DNA of 64,000 nt from Nitrosopumilaceae archaeon (lineage in GTDB: Archaea; Thermoproteota; Nitrososphaeria; Nitrososphaerales; Nitrosopumilaceae): assembly GCA_049414205.1 (NCBI GenBank), contig JBMSGE010000002.1, positions 7,207 to 71,206 of the forward strand. The letters are read 5' to 3'. Made by a program: the position numbers and the translations under genes. Numbering within the stretch: the first letter of the stretch is position 1; each line of letters starts with the position of its first letter. Of the stretch, positions 26,047 to 34,367 are shown piece after piece. The notes below the pieces were generated by a model that was given only the letters and a program-made list of their open reading frames with translations, did no database searches and was not told the DNA's origin.

Positions 26047-27036
26047 ATGTTGCATCTTTGGACTATAATTTTTTCAATAGGAATAACTTCCTTATTTTCA
26101 ACAGCATATGCAGATGATTACATAGTAGACATCCCTTATGGCGCTTATAACCCTGAATTAAACACGCCTGCTGAAGTTTGGTATTCTCCACCTGTTATCT
26201 CAATAACGGTTGGAGATTCAATCACTTGGTATAATGATGATAGAGAAGGTCATACAGTTACGAGTGGGGAAGGATCTGGACGATTTGGTTGGATGAGTGA
26301 TAATTTCGGAACTCCTGATGAATATTTTGATAGTAACCGATTCATGCCAGGCGAATCATGGTCTTTTACTTTTGATGAATCTGGAACTTTCTCATATTAC
26401 TGCACAATTCATCCCTGGATGGAAGGTATAGTAATTGTTGAAACAGAAATACCTGACTATCCTCATGATGCAACTGGGCAAAAATTAGAGTTCCCACTTT
26501 TACAATACACTCCAGATAGAAAAATAGAAGTTAATCTTTCTTGGGATCCACCAGTCATTAAAACACACGAAAAAATTCAATTTGTTTATCAATTTTATGA
26601 TCCATCAACAAATTCTAACTTAGCAAATATGAAGTATAATTTTATAATTTTTCAAAATGGAAAAGAAATTTTTCGAGATGAAGGATTAAACCAAATTGGT
26701 GGAGATTACCGTAATTTTGTTTTTGATGAGTCTGGTTCAATAATTGTTAGAGTTGAGGGAATTCAAACTTCTTCTATTTTAGCAGAAGAAAGTGTGACCG
26801 TATCAGGAGTAATTGAGAACAAAGCACAAAGGTCAGTTGATTTTACAGGTGTAGTTTATGACAATCCAGAAAAAACTACTCATGAAGCTTATCATGTAAA
26901 ACCTGCACAAAGACTCACATTCTATTATGAAATGGCCATGGCAATCATTTTAATTCCTGCCGCTATGTTTATTGGAATTATAATCTGGTTGAAACGATCA
27001 CCTAAAATCCCTGAAGGGAAATCAAGCGCGGTGTAA
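26047..27036 (+). CDS. membrane-anchored blue-copper (plastocyanin-like cupredoxin) protein
   Basis: Type-1 Cu ligands GHTV ... YYCTIHPWMEG. Has a signal-like N-terminus and a C-terminal TM helix. Confidence 0.85.
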   Translation: MLHLWTIIFSIGITSLFSTAYADDYIVDIPYGAYNPELNTPAEVWYSPPVISITVGDSITWYNDDREGHTVTSGEGSGRFGWMSDNFGTPDEYFDSNRFMPGESWSFTFDESGTFSYYCTIHPWMEGIVIVETEIPDYPHDATGQKLEFPLLQYTPDRKIEVNLSWDPPVIKTHEKIQFVYQFYDPSTNSNLANMKYNFIIFQNGKEIFRDEGLNQIGGDYRNFVFDESGSIIVRVEGIQTSSILAEESVTVSGVIENKAQRSVDFTGVVYDNPEKTTHEAYHVKPAQRLTFYYEMAMAIILIPAAMFIGIIIWLKRSPKIPEGKSSAV

Positions 27037-27077
27037 TTTTAAAAATATAAAAATAAATTGAAAATGATTGAATTCGA

Positions 27078-27377
27078 CTAGTCTACTAGTTCGGTCCAAC
27101 CTTTTACGAAGACTGAATCTTTGTGGAGTGGAACTGGTTGTCCAACAGTAAAGTCCATTGGTCTCATCCAAAAGATTGCTTTTGTTGGGCATACACCGAT
27201 GCATGCACCATCAGAAATACATCTTTCTGGGTAAAAGACAAATGCTTTACCTCTCTTCCAGCCTTCAACTGGTTTTACTCTAAGGACATCTGGACCAAGT
27301 GTTGTACAGATTTCTACACATAGTGCACATCCGATACACATTTGTTCGCTGATGTCGGGAATAATTCCTACTGGCAT
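27078..27377 (-). CDS. 2x[4Fe-4S] ferredoxin
   Basis: CIGCALCVEIC and CISDGACIGVCP cluster motifs. Confidence 0.85.
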   Translation of the reverse strand: MPVGIIPDISEQMCIGCALCVEICTTLGPDVLRVKPVEGWKRGKAFVFYPERCISDGACIGVCPTKAIFWMRPMDFTVGQPVPLHKDSVFVKGWTELVD

Positions 27378-27430
27378 TACAGAAATTTTTCAGCTTTTGA
27401 TCTTTATATAATTTACCAAGAAAAATTGGA

Positions 27431-27468
27431 TTATAACACCGTTTCAAATTTTATAACGCCGTTTGAAA
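27431..27468. promoter_or_regulatory. two 18-nt direct repeats with a 20-bp period upstream of the ferredoxin promoter
   Basis: TTATAACACCGTTTCAAA and TTATAACGCCGTTTGAAA, 16/18 identical. A TATA-like ATTATATAAAG lies at about 27403-27413. Confidence 0.4.
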
Positions 27469-27488
27469 AATTGATCGCAGTATTATGA

Positions 27489-28100
27489 TTATTTCATAAT
27501 TTTAAAAGATCTAGCATTTTTTTCACTCTTATCTAGAACATTGAGAATTAAACCCGATTCAGATGTAATTAGGTCGTAGAAACCAACATTTTTTGATCTA
27601 ACCAAGTGTCTACCTGTTGGAGAAAGAATGTAATCATTACTTTCATTTTTTCTAATCATAGCCGTTATCACAATAAGAGAATTTGAATATTTGGCCACTG
27701 AAGACAGTAACATTATTGCTGAGTTGATAAATCTTACATATTCTAACTCATCAAACATGTTGTAAAGTCCATTTATGGTATCTAAGATTATTAGGCTTTT
27801 TTCATTTTGAATTTTTCTGATTATCTCTTTAATATTATCAATGAAGGTTGTTCCATTAGAAACCAAAATCTCTAATTTTTCATTTTTTCTAATCATACCG
27901 GAATTTACATATCCACTATACAATAAATCAAAATCTAAAAAAATAACTGGAAAATCTACTGATTCTATTAATTTATTCAAAAATTCAGTTTTAAAAAAAG
28001 TATTAGATGATAAAATAATGTTAAAATTCTTTTCTGAAAATTCATTTTTGATTTGTAACAAATCTTTATCAAAAATTTGGTTAGGATTTTTATCCAACAC
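27489..28100 (-). CDS. hypothetical protein, possibly a degenerate RecA/KaiC-superfamily fold lacking Walker A
   Basis: Walker-B-like 'SLIILDTINGLYNMF' and 'SLIVITAM', with no GxxxxGK[ST]. Confidence 0.45.
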   Translation of the reverse strand: MLDKNPNQIFDKDLLQIKNEFSEKNFNIILSSNTFFKTEFLNKLIESVDFPVIFLDFDLLYSGYVNSGMIRKNEKLEILVSNGTTFIDNIKEIIRKIQNEKSLIILDTINGLYNMFDELEYVRFINSAIMLLSSVAKYSNSLIVITAMIRKNESNDYILSPTGRHLVRSKNVGFYDLITSESGLILNVLDKSEKNARSFKIMK

Positions 28101-28126
28101 TAATTTACCAAATTACAGATATAATA

Positions 28127-29275
28127 ATGAATTTCAACTCAAAAGATATCTCTGAGGATTTCTCAATTGATAAAATCTATCTAAACAATGCTTCTGTCTC
28201 AATAATGCCTAAGGAAAGTATTGAAGAGATGAGAGAATTTTTGATTTCATATAATTCTGTAGGGCCTGATTCTATTGAATCTGAGCCTATAGTCACAGAA
28301 AAATTGAGAAGTGCCAGAAAAATTATTGCAAAAATTATACATTCTCAACCTGATGAAATTATCTTAACTCAAAGTACTACTGATGGAATCAATATAGTAT
28401 CAAATGGTCTTTCCTTTGATTCTGATTCTAATATTATTATTCGTGGAATGTCTCATGAACATCATGCAAATCTATATCCTTGGCTTCGTCTCGAAAATAA
28501 AACAGAGATTAGAAATCTACCTATAGATGAAAATGGATTCTTTAACTTTGATGATTTTAACAAACTGGTAAATGACAAAACAAAATTAGTTTCACTTAGT
28601 CATGCATTGTATAACACAGGAGCTATTTTGCCAATTGAAAAAGTTGGAAAAATTCTAGATAACAAAATTCCTTTCTTTGTTGACAGTGCTCAAACGGTTG
28701 GATGTATAGATAATCTTAGCGTAAAAGATCTAAAATGTGACTTTATGGCCTTCAATGGTTCAAAATGGCTTTGCGGCCCCATGGGAACAGGACTATTTTA
28801 CTGCAATAGAAAATCTAGTGAGTTACTAGAACCAATTACTATTGGTGGTGAGTCAGCCATGTTATATGAAGAATCAAAACTAGCTTTCAAGGAATTACCT
28901 GAGAAATTTCAAACTGGATTTAGGAACTATGTAGGAATTGTTGGCTTGGAATCCTCAGCAAGATATCTTTACAATTTCGGAATTGATAACATCTACAAAA
29001 AAAACAAGTATCTATCAGATATGTTAAGAGACGAATTATCACAAAATTCTAAGATAACCATTTACGGTCCAGATGATTCAAAAGAACGCACAAGCATAGT
29101 ATCTTTCACTATTGAGGGACATGAACCACAATTTGTTGTAGAAAAATTAGAAAAGCAAGGGATAATCCTGGCAGTTAGGGAAATCTATGAAAAAAAGATT
29201 GTTCGAGCATCACCACATCTTTTCAATACAGAATCCCAAATACTTCAAGTGGTAGATGCGATAAAGAAATTATAG
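28127..29275 (+). CDS. class V aminotransferase-fold PLP enzyme (cysteine desulfurase-like)
   Basis: 'VDSAQTVG' and 'FNGSKWLCGPMGTG' (PLP lysine), with 'SHALYNTG'. Confidence 0.8.
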   Translation: MNFNSKDISEDFSIDKIYLNNASVSIMPKESIEEMREFLISYNSVGPDSIESEPIVTEKLRSARKIIAKIIHSQPDEIILTQSTTDGINIVSNGLSFDSDSNIIIRGMSHEHHANLYPWLRLENKTEIRNLPIDENGFFNFDDFNKLVNDKTKLVSLSHALYNTGAILPIEKVGKILDNKIPFFVDSAQTVGCIDNLSVKDLKCDFMAFNGSKWLCGPMGTGLFYCNRKSSELLEPITIGGESAMLYEESKLAFKELPEKFQTGFRNYVGIVGLESSARYLYNFGIDNIYKKNKYLSDMLRDELSQNSKITIYGPDDSKERTSIVSFTIEGHEPQFVVEKLEKQGIILAVREIYEKKIVRASPHLFNTESQILQVVDAIKKL

Positions 29276-29542
29276 ATTTTCTTGCTCTTCTATAACCATC
29301 ATAGTAAGAGTTGATTGTACTTTACCTATTTTTCTAATCTTATTTGTAATGATTGCACGTAATTTTTCGGCATTATCAGAAGATAACTTCAAAACAATGT
29401 CATAAACTCCATAAACACCTTGAACCTCGTACTGGACATCTTCTTCTTGAAGAATTTGTTTGACTTCGTTGATTATTGTACTGTCTGAACCTAAATCAGA
29501 ATTCAATAAAACATATGCTGTAGGCATGTTGCAGATTTTCAT
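29270..29542 (-). CDS. stand-alone Lrp/AsnC ligand-binding (RAM) domain protein
   Basis: 90 aa with 'AYVLLN...V.GVYGVYDIVLKL...' in a beta-alpha-beta-beta-alpha-beta pattern. Confidence 0.65.
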   Translation of the reverse strand: MKICNMPTAYVLLNSDLGSDSTIINEVKQILQEEDVQYEVQGVYGVYDIVLKLSSDNAEKLRAIITNKIRKIGKVQSTLTMMVIEEQENL

Positions 29543-29589
29543 AAAGAGTATTTAACTTTTCATAGATCTCAAAAACTGATTAACTACTA

Positions 29590-30249
29590 TTGAGATTCAT
29601 TGATGTGAAACAGCTAGATCTAACATTAACAATTTCTCCGTCTATTCCCAGCTTTCCTGGTTCTCCCTCCCCTCAATTTCTCAAATGGTCTACAATTAAA
29701 GAGGATCAATACAATTTAGAATTGTTATTTCTAAGCTCTCATACTGGAACGCACATAGATGCACCTTATCATTTTACTACAAAAGGAGAAAAAATCCATC
29801 AAATTCCTTTAACTCGTTTAATTGGTAATGCATTATTAATCAAAATTAAAAAAGAAAAAAATCAAGAAATCACAAAAAAAGATTTACTTAATTTTGAAAA
29901 AAAAAATGGAAAAATAAAAAATTTTTCTTCAGTAATTTTTTTTACAGGATGGCAAAAAAATTTAGAAAAAAAAAATTATTTTTTAAACAATCCTGGATTA
30001 TCCAGATCTGCAGCTAATTATTTAGCCACAAAAAAAATCAATTTGATAGGAATAGATTCACCAAGCATAGATCTTGGAACAGATAAAAATTTTTCAGCAC
30101 ATAAAATATTGGCAAAAAACAACGTTCTGATTGTTGAAAATCTTTCAAATTTAAATAAAATTCCTAAACTTAATTTTGATTTTATCATCCTACCCCTTAA
30201 ACTAAAAAATGCTACAGGATCTCCTGTAAGAGCGATTGCTAATTACTGA
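29590..30249 (+). CDS. putative cyclase / kynurenine-formamidase-like metallohydrolase
   Basis: 'SSHTGTHIDAPYHF' (HxGTHxDxPxH). TTG start. Lys-rich, with two A10 runs. Confidence 0.75.
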   Translation: MRFIDVKQLDLTLTISPSIPSFPGSPSPQFLKWSTIKEDQYNLELLFLSSHTGTHIDAPYHFTTKGEKIHQIPLTRLIGNALLIKIKKEKNQEITKKDLLNFEKKNGKIKNFSSVIFFTGWQKNLEKKNYFLNNPGLSRSAANYLATKKINLIGIDSPSIDLGTDKNFSAHKILAKNNVLIVENLSNLNKIPKLNFDFIILPLKLKNATGSPVRAIANY

Positions 30250-31301
30250 ACAAAATGAAATCTATTTTTTTTATAATTTTTTGATAGTTTTCCTATAATT
30301 GGAATTTGATTTCCACAAAATTCACATTGGTTATTATCATCAAGGTGCCATGATTCTATATCAAAACTAAATCTCTTAATTACAATATTATTACATTCAG
30401 GACAATAGGTGTGTTCTAGTGGATGACCAGGAACATTTCCAATGTATGCATACTTTAATCCAATTTTTTTTGCAATCTCATGATGCTTTTCTAATGTTTT
30501 GACTGGAGTAGAATCAAATTCCATCATTTTGTAGTCAGGATGAAAACGTAAAAAATGAATGGGCATCTCTGGTCCAAATTCATCATAAACAAATTTGCAT
30601 AATTTTTCTGCATACTCTAAACTATCACCAACTTCTGGAACGATCAAATCTGTTATCTCTACATGGATTTTTGTTTTATCTCGAATTTCTAATAGAGTGT
30701 CAAAAACTGGTTTCGGATCAGGAACTCCAATGTATTTTCTTGTAAATTCTGGTTCAGCACTACCTTTGAAATCTACTGTAATAGAATCCAAAAACTCTCC
30801 CATCATTTTTACTGATTCTGGGGTATCATATCCATTTGAAACAAAAATATTGTAAAGATCATTTTGATGTGCAATTACACCACAATCTCTGGCATATTCT
30901 ATGAAAATTGATGGCTCATTGTATGTATATGCAATACCGTCTGCTCCATTATCTAATGCAGTTTGTACAACTTGTTCTGGGGTCATGTCAACTCCCTCGA
31001 CTTTTCTTCTTTGACTAATATCATAATTTTGACAGTATTTACAAAGCCAATTACAGCCAGTAGTCGCAATTGAGTATACTTTTGAGCCTGGATGATAGTG
31101 TGTAACAGGTTTTTTTTCGATTGGATCGACATGGCCTGCAATAACTTTGCCATAAACAAACAAGTCTAATTTCCCATGATTATTCCCGCGGATTCCACAC
31201 AAACCAATTTGTCCCTCGGCCATCTCACAGTATCTTGCACATGCAGTACACCTCACCTTGTTATCCGATAATTTTTCATAAAGAATAGCTTCCTTACCCA
31301 T
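30243..31301 (-). CDS. AmmeMemoRadiSam-system radical SAM enzyme
   Basis: CNWLCKYCQN (CxxxCxxC), an N-terminal Cys cluster CTACARYC and 'DPIEKKP'. Confidence 0.8.
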   Translation of the reverse strand: MGKEAILYEKLSDNKVRCTACARYCEMAEGQIGLCGIRGNNHGKLDLFVYGKVIAGHVDPIEKKPVTHYHPGSKVYSIATTGCNWLCKYCQNYDISQRRKVEGVDMTPEQVVQTALDNGADGIAYTYNEPSIFIEYARDCGVIAHQNDLYNIFVSNGYDTPESVKMMGEFLDSITVDFKGSAEPEFTRKYIGVPDPKPVFDTLLEIRDKTKIHVEITDLIVPEVGDSLEYAEKLCKFVYDEFGPEMPIHFLRFHPDYKMMEFDSTPVKTLEKHHEIAKKIGLKYAYIGNVPGHPLEHTYCPECNNIVIKRFSFDIESWHLDDNNQCEFCGNQIPIIGKLSKNYKKNRFHFVQ

Positions 31302-31385
31302 CTGACATCATACTATCTTTATTTCGCATATAAGGTGACTGTATCATTCGCAATCCTAAAAATATAGAATTTACAATCAATATCT

Positions 31386-31880
31386 ATGAGTAAACCAGGA
31401 AATGTATGGAGAAAAGTACATGGAAAAATTACTAAACGTCCTACAAATTTCTCTTGGCTAATTGATGAAAAACTTGCAGGTTCTGGCATACCAACAAGTT
31501 TTGATGAGTTAGATTGGATTCTGAAACAAGGGGTAAAATCAATTGTAACTATGACAGAAAATGCATTACCTCAAGAATGGGTAAATGAAATTGGATACTT
31601 GCATGTCCCAACACCAGATCTAACAGCTCCTGATATGGAAAAAATAGATTTAGCAGTTGATTTTATACATGAAAATATTACTGATAATCAAGCAGTAATG
31701 GTTCACTGTGCAGCAGGAATGGGAAGGGCAGGAACTATTTTGGCGTGTTACCTTGTAAAGTATAAGAAATTTTCAGCAGAAAATGCAATAGAAAAAATTA
31801 GAAAAGAAAGACCAGGTTCTATTCAATCTGAAACTCAAGAGTTAGCAATTACTTTTTATCAAAAACATGTAGAAAATTAG
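31386..31880 (+). CDS. dual-specificity protein phosphatase
   Basis: HCAAGMGRAGT (CX5R P-loop). Confidence 0.85.
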   Translation: MSKPGNVWRKVHGKITKRPTNFSWLIDEKLAGSGIPTSFDELDWILKQGVKSIVTMTENALPQEWVNEIGYLHVPTPDLTAPDMEKIDLAVDFIHENITDNQAVMVHCAAGMGRAGTILACYLVKYKKFSAENAIEKIRKERPGSIQSETQELAITFYQKHVEN

Positions 31881-32023
31881 ATAAATTCTGACACTAGTTT
31901 TCCATCAACGATTTTTATTTTTAATTTTTTATTTTCTTGAAATGTTAGTGTTAAATCACCATCAGAATCTGGATCATCCACTTTTACCAATTCTAACATT
32001 TTGATTTGCTCAAATTTTTCCAT
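31877..32023 (-). CDS. microprotein, tandem paralogue b (48 aa)
   Basis: Own translation: MEKFEQIKMLELVKVDDPDSDGDLTLTFQENKKLKIKIVDGKLVSEFI. Homologous to the ORF immediately upstream. Confidence 0.4.
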   Translation of the reverse strand: MEKFEQIKMLELVKVDDPDSDGDLTLTFQENKKLKIKIVDGKLVSEFI

Positions 32024-32032
32024 TTTTTTCAC

Positions 32033-32185
32033 TTATTCCGGGATAGATACTGTCTCAATTTTTCCATCTACAGCCTTTATGAATAAAAATCTGTTATCTT
32101 TGAGAATAAATGTAATTCCACCTTCTTTATCCGGCTCCTCAACTTCAAGAATTGGTTGTCCTAGTAGACCATCGTATTTTGCCAT
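32033..32185 (-). CDS. microprotein, tandem paralogue a (50 aa)
   Basis: Own translation: MAKYDGLLGQPILEVEEPDKEGGITFILKDNRFLFIKAVDGKIETVSIPE. Confidence 0.4.
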   Translation of the reverse strand: MAKYDGLLGQPILEVEEPDKEGGITFILKDNRFLFIKAVDGKIETVSIPE

Positions 32186-32364
32186 ACAAACTCATCAAAA
32201 AAGTTCCATATATCCCTAATTGCCCTAAATTCTCTATTTTTATTTGAAATTTATATCAAGTTGAGAAAATACAATAAAATTATTATTTTTATTAATATTC
32301 AACAAACCCACAAGAGAAAAAAAATAATACACATAATAGGGATATTTTTTTAGGCAATACAGAA

Positions 32365-32721
32365 ATGGATCATAAAGCATTATGCACAAAAGTCTTAGAA
32401 ATTGAACCTCATGTCAGGTTTAGTGGAATTTTAAACTCTCGTGGTGATCTTGCTGTTCAAAGTAATAGAAATGATTCAGAAGCATTACTTAGTGCTGATG
32501 AAGTAAAAATGTCAGTTCACTATACCTTTCAGAGATGGACAAGTATTCAAAACCTAGCTCATAAAATTGGAAATGAAAAAACAAACATTACAGAATTTGA
32601 TAAAGTTACATTGATTAGTCTTTTACTGAATGACGGAAACCTTCTCTTACTAAGCTCTGAACCAGGAGCAAATTATATGGAAATTATTTCTAAAGTTAAG
32701 CAAATAATTCCAGATGAATAA
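32365..32721 (+). CDS. paralogue family A member 3 (divergent)
   Basis: Same length class and layout as the other two members: 'VRFSGILNSRGDLAV' against 'IRLAVISDTAGDILW', and 'LLLLSSEPG' against 'LLFISVDNEP'. Confidence 0.55.
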   Translation: MDHKALCTKVLEIEPHVRFSGILNSRGDLAVQSNRNDSEALLSADEVKMSVHYTFQRWTSIQNLAHKIGNEKTNITEFDKVTLISLLLNDGNLLLLSSEPGANYMEIISKVKQIIPDE

Positions 32722-32735
32722 TTAGGTTTAACAAA

Positions 32736-32918
32736 TTGTCTCTTGTTTGGACATTTATTTTCTTAGCAGTATTAGTTTACCTTAGTACAAATCTGGTTCT
32801 AAAAATAGATCATCTAGATGGATGGCTTAAAGCGCTTTACTTTATTGTTTTAATCCCTGGATATGGACTAGTTACATACCAAATTAGAATGCATTTTCAA
32901 AGAAAACAACAACCTTGA
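32736..32918 (+). CDS. small 2-TM membrane protein
   Basis: 60 aa with two hydrophobic helices. TTG start. Confidence 0.4.
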   Translation: MSLVWTFIFLAVLVYLSTNLVLKIDHLDGWLKALYFIVLIPGYGLVTYQIRMHFQRKQQP

Positions 32919-32985
32919 CCAACTAATTGACAACAAACTCTATTTTTCTTCTAAAATTATAAGGTAGTAATAAAGTGAAATTGTA

Positions 32986-33243
32986 TTGAAGGGACTTTAC
33001 TGGTTAATTTTGGGATTATGTGTTTGGTTTGTTCCTACAATTATCTTTAATGCTATGGTTACATCAGGAGAATCCGAATTAACGCCAGAAGAAGCTTCTT
33101 CCGACATTCCGGCAGAATTTGTAATTATTTTATTTGCAGCATCACTACCACTAATTCTAAAAGGAGTAATAACGATACGAAAGGAAAGAAAAACTGAAAG
33201 AAAGAATTCGAAAAAAGATAAGAAAAAACCCAAGAAAAAATAA
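32986..33243 (+). CDS. small 2-TM membrane protein with a poly-Lys tail
   Basis: 85 aa with two helices and a KKDKKKPKKK tail. Confidence 0.45.
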   Translation: MKGLYWLILGLCVWFVPTIIFNAMVTSGESELTPEEASSDIPAEFVIILFAASLPLILKGVITIRKERKTERKNSKKDKKKPKKK

Positions 33244-33341
33244 ACTAAAATTCATAATAATATCCATAATTTTCATAATTCTAAGGCATAATTTTCACTT
33301 TCAGGCTTGATAATTAGATAGCATAATAAATAACCAATTTT

Positions 33342-33935
33342 TTGATTTTTAATATGAAGAAAATCGAGGCAATTATCAAACGATCTAGCTATACCATAAT
33401 TGCTGACAAACTAAACAATATAGGTTATACAATAATTGATAAACGAAATTTAGAAGATAGTAAAATTTTTGATAAACAACAGGGCTCAAAAGTTGGAGGT
33501 ACCATTGGAGTAAAAACAATTCCTCTTTCAAAAATTGAATTAGTTGTAGCAGAAAAAGATGCAAGAAAAGTTATTGATTTAATTTCAAAAAAATCCGGTT
33601 TTAATTCAAGCAAAGTTGGAAAGATCTTTGTATCTGAAATGGAAGAAGTTTTAGAAATTGATACTCTAGAAAGTACTCAAGACCTTGAAATAGAAGAGGT
33701 CAAATTTCCCCCAAAACCAAAAATTAAACGAAGTCGCTTAGTTCCATTACAGAAATACACTTTACTTAGACTCCAAACTGTTTATGAAGAAAACCAGGAG
33801 ACGTTAGTCTCAGACCACCGAATCAAATCATTTAGTGATTTTGTAAATCACTGCATAATGGGATACCTTCCATCATTTGAAAAACAACTCAAACATCCAA
33901 CGGTTGTTTATGGAAATAATTTCAGAGAATTTTAG
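33342..33935 (+). CDS. PII-like domain fused to a C-terminal extension of about 90 aa (possibly ribbon-helix-helix)
   Basis: MKKIEAIIKR...KIELVVAEKD...GKIFVSEMEEVLEI is a PII fold. The tail is 'RSRLVPLQKYTLLRLQTVYEEN...SFSDFVNHCIMGYL'. The likely start is the ATG at 33354. Confidence 0.7.
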   Translation: MIFNMKKIEAIIKRSSYTIIADKLNNIGYTIIDKRNLEDSKIFDKQQGSKVGGTIGVKTIPLSKIELVVAEKDARKVIDLISKKSGFNSSKVGKIFVSEMEEVLEIDTLESTQDLEIEEVKFPPKPKIKRSRLVPLQKYTLLRLQTVYEENQETLVSDHRIKSFSDFVNHCIMGYLPSFEKQLKHPTVVYGNNFREF

Positions 33936-34261
33936 ATAGTACTTTCTCCTTCTTCACCTGAGGCGATATCAATTGCTCTCAATACTGGTGAGACAAAGAT
34001 TTTTCCAACAGTTCCTTTCTCTTTTATGATGTTTATCACCTGGTCTTCTTTATTTTCCGGAATTACTAATTCTATGACATATTTTTGACTAAACTGTGGT
34101 TGAAATGTGGCACTTCCTTTTTGAGCATGGATTTCAGGGGGAGGCCTTTTTCCACGGCCTCTTACCTTGTTTACAGTTAGCCCTCCAATCTCAAGCTCTT
34201 TTAGTGCTTCACTAATGTCCATTACGTCATTATTTCCGAGAAATGCTTGGATCTTAATCAT
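33932..34261 (-). CDS. PII nitrogen-regulatory family protein, divergent from amt
   Basis: MIKIQAFL...GRGKRP...YVIELVIPE...GKIFVSPVLRAIDI. Confidence 0.85.
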   Translation of the reverse strand: MIKIQAFLGNNDVMDISEALKELEIGGLTVNKVRGRGKRPPPEIHAQKGSATFQPQFSQKYVIELVIPENKEDQVINIIKEKGTVGKIFVSPVLRAIDIASGEEGESTI

Positions 34262-34305
34262 TTAATAGATTAGCCAGGTTTTTCACAAATAATAGTTTCA
34301 GATTT

Positions 34306-34338
34306 TGATAATCAAGTGATAATCAAACGGTTATCAAA
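34306..34338. promoter_or_regulatory. three 11-bp tandem direct repeats between the divergent PII and amt promoters
   Basis: TGATAATCAAG, TGATAATCAAA and CGGTTATCAAA. Flanked by TATA-like tracts on both sides. Confidence 0.45.
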
Positions 34339-34367
34339 TTTCGTTATTATTATTTAGTTTCACAAAC

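Noticed and set aside
32001-32219. Plus-strand 72-aa track ORF.
   Set aside because: Its composition is implausible. The opposite strand carries two mutually homologous ~50-aa ORFs, which explain the open frame better.
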